64,000 nt of DNA from Candidatus Multivoradales bacterium (lineage in GTDB: Bacteria > Acidobacteriota > Thermoanaerobaculia > Multivoradales > J023), in the NCBI GenBank assembly GCA_965248925.1, contig CBDFLE010000006.1:4928001-4992000 (forward strand), read 5' to 3'. The translations under genes and the position numbers were made by a program. This document shows positions 59,020 through 64,000 of the stretch, piece by piece (position 1 is the stretch's first letter; every line of letters begins with the position of its first letter). The notes beneath the pieces are model-generated. The model was not told the origin of the DNA. It saw nothing but the letters and a program-made list of their open reading frames with translations, and did no database searches.

Positions 59020-59273
59020 CCAGTTTCGGAGAGGAGCCGCAGTGCCTCTCCGTGGGAGACGACGTCGCCTCGCTCGATGTCTTCTTGGCCTTGTCGTATC
59101 GCGACGAGATCATCGGGTGTTACGGGCTCATCGTCCCAAGGAGCTGCCTCGAGGACCGAGCGGAGGGTGTCAGCACCACGCAGACGAAGATTCTCCAGGA
59201 GTCGTCTTGCGGCCCGAAGTTCCGGGTCCGCCAGCTCGTCAACGAGCGTGTGGAGTGCTGCGCGGGTGGTCAT
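59016..59273 (-). CDS. Antitoxin cognate to RelE
   Basis: LHTLVDEL...APWDDEPVT...GQEDIERGDVVSH; GTGA overlap. Confidence 0.75.
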   Translation of the reverse strand: MTTRAALHTLVDELADPELRAARRLLENLRLRGADTLRSVLEAAPWDDEPVTPDDLVAIRQGQEDIERGDVVSHGEALRLLSETG

Positions 59274-59282
59274 GGGCAAATC

Positions 59283-59935
59283 CTACACCAGGTGTAAGAG
59301 GTCGCGCCAGGGGCTATTCGACCGCAGATGCGCTGTTTTCGGTTCGACGCTGAACCCGCGGTGGGGGGTGGACCACTTGCGAAGAAAAGAGTCGTAGGCT
59401 TTGCGGGCGGCCTTGCCGTTGCTCGCGTAGACGATCCGATCCCAGTCGCGTTTGAGCTCGGCGCGGGCGTGAGTCGGGCAGTGCTCGCTTAGGTTGCGCC
59501 ACTTGTGCTGGGTGCAGGTTTGAACGCGAACCCCCGGCCAAGCGGCGATGGCCTTGGTGAGTCCACCATGACCATCGGCGATCACCAACTCGGGTGTCGG
59601 TAGCCCTCGGTGGAGCAGATCTTCGATAACGCCCTGCCAATGTGTCGACGCCTCGCTGACGGCCAACCGCCTGATACTTCCGTGGCGGTAGCCCCTGCGG
59701 GCATCGCTGCGGTCGTAGCGAGAGCAGCCCAGGGCCTCCTCAAGCTCTTCTTCACGTACTACCTAAATTGCCTCGCGGATCCGGGACCGAAGCAAGGGGT
59801 TCAGGTCGCGACGAAACGCGAGGACCGGGTCGCTGGTCTTGGAGGCTTCCTGCATGGCGTAGCCTCCTTTCGTCGTCGTGGCGAAGTCTTTGGATGACTG
59901 GAGGTTACGCCATTTCTGCATTTTCTACAGGACTC
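59283..59935 (-). pseudogene. IS256-family transposase remnant (internal deletion and stop)
   Basis: N-term EEALG..RYDR...RRGYRHG; core RGL..PELVIADG..GL..AI...Q.C..HK.RN; GAGTCCTGTAGAAAA end at 59935. Confidence 0.8.
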
Positions 59936-60137
59936 GGGATAGATCCGACAGCAAGATCAAGCCGAGGAGGCGCCAGTCCCAAGCGCCTCGGAGGAGGTGG
60001 CCCGCCAGCAACAACCAACGGTTTTGAAGCCGCTGTCCACAGTCGCGATAGACAGCATAGACGATGACAAAAAAAGTGGCGACCTCCAGTTTGTTGAACA
60101 ACAAACCATCGCGATCTTGAGATGAAGAAGATGCAGA

Positions 60138-60875
60138 TCAGTTGGGCGGCTGGGGGAAGCGGGCGAAGATCTCTCCAGCTATCTGCGCCGCCCAAGTGGC
60201 ATAGCCCACCGGGGCGAGATGGAATCCGTCGGGGCCGAACAGCTCGCTCGGATCGCCTTGGTCGATCGGTGGCAGATACCAGACCCCGGTGCGATGCTCG
60301 GCGAGGTTGGCGGTAATGCGGTCGATCTCGACTCCACGATGACCGAGAATCGTCGCCAGAGGTCGTGGGAAGCCAGGGAAGCTGTCGACTGGAGGCATGC
60401 CGATGAGCAAGATCGGGACCTCTGGGAAGCGCTTTTCTAGACGGTTCAAGAGAGTCTCAAGGTGCCGCCGCCAGGTCGAACGCCGGGTCAGCCGGACAGT
60501 GTCGTTGACTCCCAGATTGAGCACCAGCAAATCCGCCTGGTGGTTGGCGAGGCGGGGCAGCAGTTCGCTGATCGCCTCTTTGGCGGTGATTCCGCAGCGG
60601 CCGATCGCCCGCCAGCGCACGGCCTGCTGCCAGTGTCGAGAGAGGCTGTCGCCGAGCTGACCGGCCAGCGCGAGTTCCAGGCGTGGCACACCCACCCCAG
60701 CCGCTGGTGATTCGCCGATCAGCAAAAGACGCACCGGATCGCCGCCGCTGCCGGCGATGGCTGAAGCAGGTCCAGCAGCCTCGACCAGCTCAGGCAGGCG
60801 CCAGCTCACCCAGGCGGCCTGGGCCGCCAGCAGGGGCAGCAGAGGTAGGGAAAGTGAGAGTAGGCGCAGAGACAT
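60138..60875 (-). CDS. SGNH/GDSL hydrolase
   Basis: GES.AAGVG, LGVND, DGFH. Confidence 0.85.
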   Translation of the reverse strand: MSLRLLSLSLPLLPLLAAQAAWVSWRLPELVEAAGPASAIAGSGGDPVRLLLIGESPAAGVGVPRLELALAGQLGDSLSRHWQQAVRWRAIGRCGITAKEAISELLPRLANHQADLLVLNLGVNDTVRLTRRSTWRRHLETLLNRLEKRFPEVPILLIGMPPVDSFPGFPRPLATILGHRGVEIDRITANLAEHRTGVWYLPPIDQGDPSELFGPDGFHLAPVGYATWAAQIAGEIFARFPQPPN

Positions 60876-60896
60876 GATCAGAGGTCTGGAGCCGTC

Positions 60897-62174
60897 TCAG
60901 CCGAGCCGTTCGATGATCGTTGCCTCTCCCTGGCCGACCCCGACACAGAGGGTCGCCAGGCCGTATTTCATCCCTTGACCTTGGCTGGCTCGGCGTTTCA
61001 TCTCGTGGATCAGGGTGGTCAGGATGCGGGCGCCGGAGCAGCCCAGGGGGTGGCCGAGGGCGATAGCGCCACCGTTGACATTGCAAATTTCCTGGCTTAG
61101 CCCGAGCCCTTGCAGCACCGCCAGGCTCTGAGCGGCGAAGGCTTCGTTGAGTTCGGCGAGGTCGATGTCGCTGATGGCCAGGCCGGCGCGGCCGAGAGCT
61201 TTGCCGGTGGCGCTGATCGGGCCGATGCCCATCACTCGCGGATCGACTCCGGCAACCGCTGAGCAAACCCAGCGGGCCAGGGGGCGCAGGCCGAGTTCGA
61301 CGGCCTTGGCGGCGGAGGTCAGCACCAGGGCGCAGGCGCCGTCGTTGAGGCCGGAGGAGTTTCCCGCTGTCACCGAGCCACCCTGACGGAAGGCTGGGCG
61401 AAGTTTGGCGAGCTGCTCGGCGCTGGTGGCCAGCTCGTAGCCGTTCTCGGTGCGGCGGTAGCGGGGGTGCTCGTCCACCGCGAAGACGATTGGCTCGCCC
61501 TTGCGCTGGGGGATTTCCACCGCCACGATCTCGTCGTCGAAACGGCCGGCGTTGATCGCCGCGACGGCTCGCCGTTGGCTTTCGAGAGCGAAGGCATCCT
61601 GGTCTTGGCGGCTGATCGGCTGGCCACCGTAGGCTCCTCGGTGGCTAGACTCAACCACATTCTCGGCCGTCTCGCCCATGCCTTCGAGCGGAAAGAGTTT
61701 GGCCAGCTTGGGGTTCGGGTAGCGCCAACCGAGGGTGGTGTCCCAGCCGGTGATATTGCCCGATGGACCAAAGCCCAGTGGATTCTTGGGCATCGAGTAA
61801 GGGGCTCGGGTCATCGATTCGACCCCACCGGCGACGTAGACCTCGCCCTCGCCACAGCGGATCGCCCGCGCCGCCTGGTTGACCGCGTTCAGGCCGCTGG
61901 CGCATAGCCGGTTGAGGGTGACCGCGCCGACCTCTTGCGGCAGGCCGGCGAGCAGGGCCGCCATTCGGGCGACGTTGCGGTTGTCTTCGCCGGCTTGGTT
62001 GGCGCAACCCAGATAGACCTCCTCGATGGTCGCCGGATCGACCCCGGAGCGTTCGACGGCAGCCCGGATCGCCAAGGCCGCCAGGTCGTCGGGCCGTACT
62101 TGCGACAAGGCGCCGCGGATGCGGCCAATGGGGGTGCGGATGGCACTGACGATGACGGCTTCGTTGGCTTTCAC
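60897..62174 (-). CDS. Thiolase (PaaJ/PcaF-like)
   Basis: [45 protein letters not shown]. Confidence 0.92.
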   Translation of the reverse strand: MKANEAVIVSAIRTPIGRIRGALSQVRPDDLAALAIRAAVERSGVDPATIEEVYLGCANQAGEDNRNVARMAALLAGLPQEVGAVTLNRLCASGLNAVNQAARAIRCGEGEVYVAGGVESMTRAPYSMPKNPLGFGPSGNITGWDTTLGWRYPNPKLAKLFPLEGMGETAENVVESSHRGAYGGQPISRQDQDAFALESQRRAVAAINAGRFDDEIVAVEIPQRKGEPIVFAVDEHPRYRRTENGYELATSAEQLAKLRPAFRQGGSVTAGNSSGLNDGACALVLTSAAKAVELGLRPLARWVCSAVAGVDPRVMGIGPISATGKALGRAGLAISDIDLAELNEAFAAQSLAVLQGLGLSQEICNVNGGAIALGHPLGCSGARILTTLIHEMKRRASQGQGMKYGLATLCVGVGQGEATIIERLG

Positions 62175-62223
62175 GAGAGCTTGCTCCTGGGATTGAAGTC
62201 GCTGACAGAAAAGGGTAAGTGGC

Positions 62224-62997
62224 CTATTTACCGCTGAAAATCGGTTGCCTCTTGGCTTGGAAAGCGCCGATACCCTCGGCGTAGTCGGCAGTGCGCGAGG
62301 CGGCACCCTGAGCGCTGGCCTCGGCGGTGAGGACGGCGCCGAGGCCCATGTGGTGAGTGTCCATCTGCCGCACCAACCGTTTCGATAGCAGAAAAGCCGC
62401 GGTCGGCCCTTGGGCTACACGCTGGGCCATTTTGGTGACCGTATCGACCAGGTCCTCGGCCGCCACTGCGGCGTTGACTAAACCTAAAGACGCGGCATCT
62501 GTACCGCTCAGCAAGCGGCCGGTGTAGATCAACTCCAGCGCCCGGTGCGGTCCCAGACGCTCAACCAGGTAGCGGTGACCGCCGCTGTCGAGCACTGCGC
62601 CGATGCGGGCGAAAGGGGATCCCAGCTTGGCCGACTCGGCGACATAGACCACGTCGCAAGCCAGCGCCAGGCCGAGGCCGACGCCCAGGGCGGCACCCTG
62701 GACGGCGGCGAAGGTCGGGGCCGGGAACTCGGCAACGCGACGCAGTAGGGGGTTGAAGGTCGTCGCTAGAATCGCTTCGGCATCCTCGCTGCCGGGCTCG
62801 GCATCGGCCAGATCGCGGCCGGCGCAAAAGGCCCGCCCTTCGGCGCGTAGCATCAGCGCCCGCACCCCGGCCGCCTCTGCTCGGTCGAGCACCCGCAGCA
62901 GGTCGGCCACCATCGCGTTGCCCATCGCGTTCATCTTGTCCGGCCGATTGAGCACGATATCGGCGAAATGGTCGTCAAGGTCGAGCACGACAGTCAT
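62224..62997 (-). CDS. Enoyl-CoA hydratase/isomerase (PaaG-like)
   Basis: [42 protein letters not shown]. Confidence 0.88.
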   Translation of the reverse strand: MTVVLDLDDHFADIVLNRPDKMNAMGNAMVADLLRVLDRAEAAGVRALMLRAEGRAFCAGRDLADAEPGSEDAEAILATTFNPLLRRVAEFPAPTFAAVQGAALGVGLGLALACDVVYVAESAKLGSPFARIGAVLDSGGHRYLVERLGPHRALELIYTGRLLSGTDAASLGLVNAAVAAEDLVDTVTKMAQRVAQGPTAAFLLSKRLVRQMDTHHMGLGAVLTAEASAQGAASRTADYAEGIGAFQAKRQPIFSGK

Positions 62998-63056
62998 CGA
63001 AGGCTCCTCTACGGGGTGGTTCAGCAAGTCGGTGGCTGTTCGCCAGCGGTTGTTTC

Positions 63057-63094
63057 GATACGATAGCGGCGGTTGAGCAAGTCATATTTGTATC
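63057..63094. promoter_or_regulatory. PaaX-type operator
   Basis: GATACG-N26-TGTATC between the divergent crotonase and paaX genes. Confidence 0.65.
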
Positions 63095-63137
63095 ATAAGG
63101 TGCGGCGTTGAGCCGGCGGTAGGAGGCCGCGGTATTC

Positions 63138-64000
63138 GTGGGCAATCCAGACATCACAGAACGAGCCCGCCTCTTTGGCGCCAAGGCGGATATCTCGGCG
63201 CGCTCGGTGCTGGTGACCATCTTTGGCGACTCGATAGCCGCTCTCGGCGGCGAGGTGTGGCTGGGTGATCTGATTGCTTTGACTCGGCCGTTCGGCTTTA
63301 GCGAGCGGCTGATCCGTACCTCCCTATTTCGGCTGGTGGCGGAAGGTTGGTGCGCCACGACCCGCGTCGGCCGGCGTAGCCGCTACTCCCTGACCCCCTA
63401 TGCCAGCGCCGAGTCCGCCGATGCCGACCGACGGATATACCAACCGCGAGCAGCCGAGTGGGATGGCGGCTGGACGATCGTTTTCAGTCGTGCCAGCGAC
63501 CTCGGCAGCGAACAGCGAGGGCGCTTACACGAACATCTCGGCTGGCGAGGTTTTGGCCGTCTCAGTATCGGTGCTTGGGCATTTCCCGATGGCGACACCA
63601 GCAGCGCGCATGGGGTGCTCGAACGGCTGGGTCTGGCCGGCCGAGTGCCAATCGCCAGTGCTCGTTTCGACCAACTGCCCCGGCTGGTGGGGGATGGGCT
63701 GCTGACGGTCGGCTTCGGTCTCGATAAAGTCGCCAAGAGCTATCGCGATTTTGTTGAGCGCTACACTTGGACCGCCGACCTCGATGCCGGGTCCTTGGCC
63801 ACCGAAGACGCCTTCGTCATCCGCACCATGCTGATCCACGAGTTTCGTCGCCCGCGTCTTCATGACCCCGGTCTGCCGGCAGCCCTGCTGTCCGCAAGCT
63901 GGGTCGGTCGCCAAGCCTTCGACCTCGCCGCCGCCACCTATCGCCGGGTTGATCCCATGGCTTGGGCCTGGCTGGCGGAGGTCACCGCACTTGGGCCGCC
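63138..64000 (+). CDS. paaX: PaaX-family transcriptional repressor (runs off window; absent from ORF track)
   Basis: AGGAGG SD; SARSVLVTIFGDS...ERLIRTSLFRLVAEGW...GRRSRYSLT...WDGGW...HEFRR..L.DP.LP..LL. Confidence 0.88.
   Translation, partial: MGNPDITERARLFGAKADISARSVLVTIFGDSIAALGGEVWLGDLIALTRPFGFSERLIRTSLFRLVAEGWCATTRVGRRSRYSLTPYASAESADADRRIYQPRAAEWDGGWTIVFSRASDLGSEQRGRLHEHLGWRGFGRLSIGAWAFPDGDTSSAHGVLERLGLAGRVPIASARFDQLPRLVGDGLLTVGFGLDKVAKSYRDFVERYTWTADLDAGSLATEDAFVIRTMLIHEFRRPRLHDPGLPAALLSASWVGRQAFDLAAATYRRVDPMAWAWLAEVTALGP

Overview
GC-rich bacterial chromosome segment. The gene repertoire (CHAT/TPR lipoprotein, ECF sigma plus zf-HC2 anti-sigma, VWA-like/TPR, CRTAC1-like, Na+-NQR) suggests a marine or sediment Acidobacteriota-like organism, but this is inference. 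Housekeeping genes include pheA, ansA, nqrABCDEF...apbE-nqrM, recQ, an IOR-family oxidoreductase and a paa-like thiolase/crotonase/PaaX block. Two accessory islands interrupt these: about 23.5-28.1 kb (between nqrF and apbE) and about 54.1-59.9 kb. Both hold integron-type gene cassettes with recognisable attC sites, each array headed by an attI-like site, but no integrase is present in the window. Cassette cargo is a PIN TA pair, a TIR protein, a trypsin-like protease and a disrupted XRE-HTH/Hint gene. The islands also contain IS66, IS21 and IS256 remnants and one intact IS with TIRs and a 5-bp TSD. The most notable observations are: integrase-free promoter-attI landing modules; a receiver-domain-LpxC fusion; a metallophosphoesterase / NB-ARC / TPR split NLR-like operon; an ECF / anti-sigma / CHAT protease / Zn-ribbon microprotein / Ser-Thr kinase locus; an unannotated small ORF with an in-frame UGA and a SECIS-like hairpin; and an orphan sigma54 promoter that points into an ORF-less region (candidate sRNA). 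All calls come from reading motifs by eye. No searches were run.
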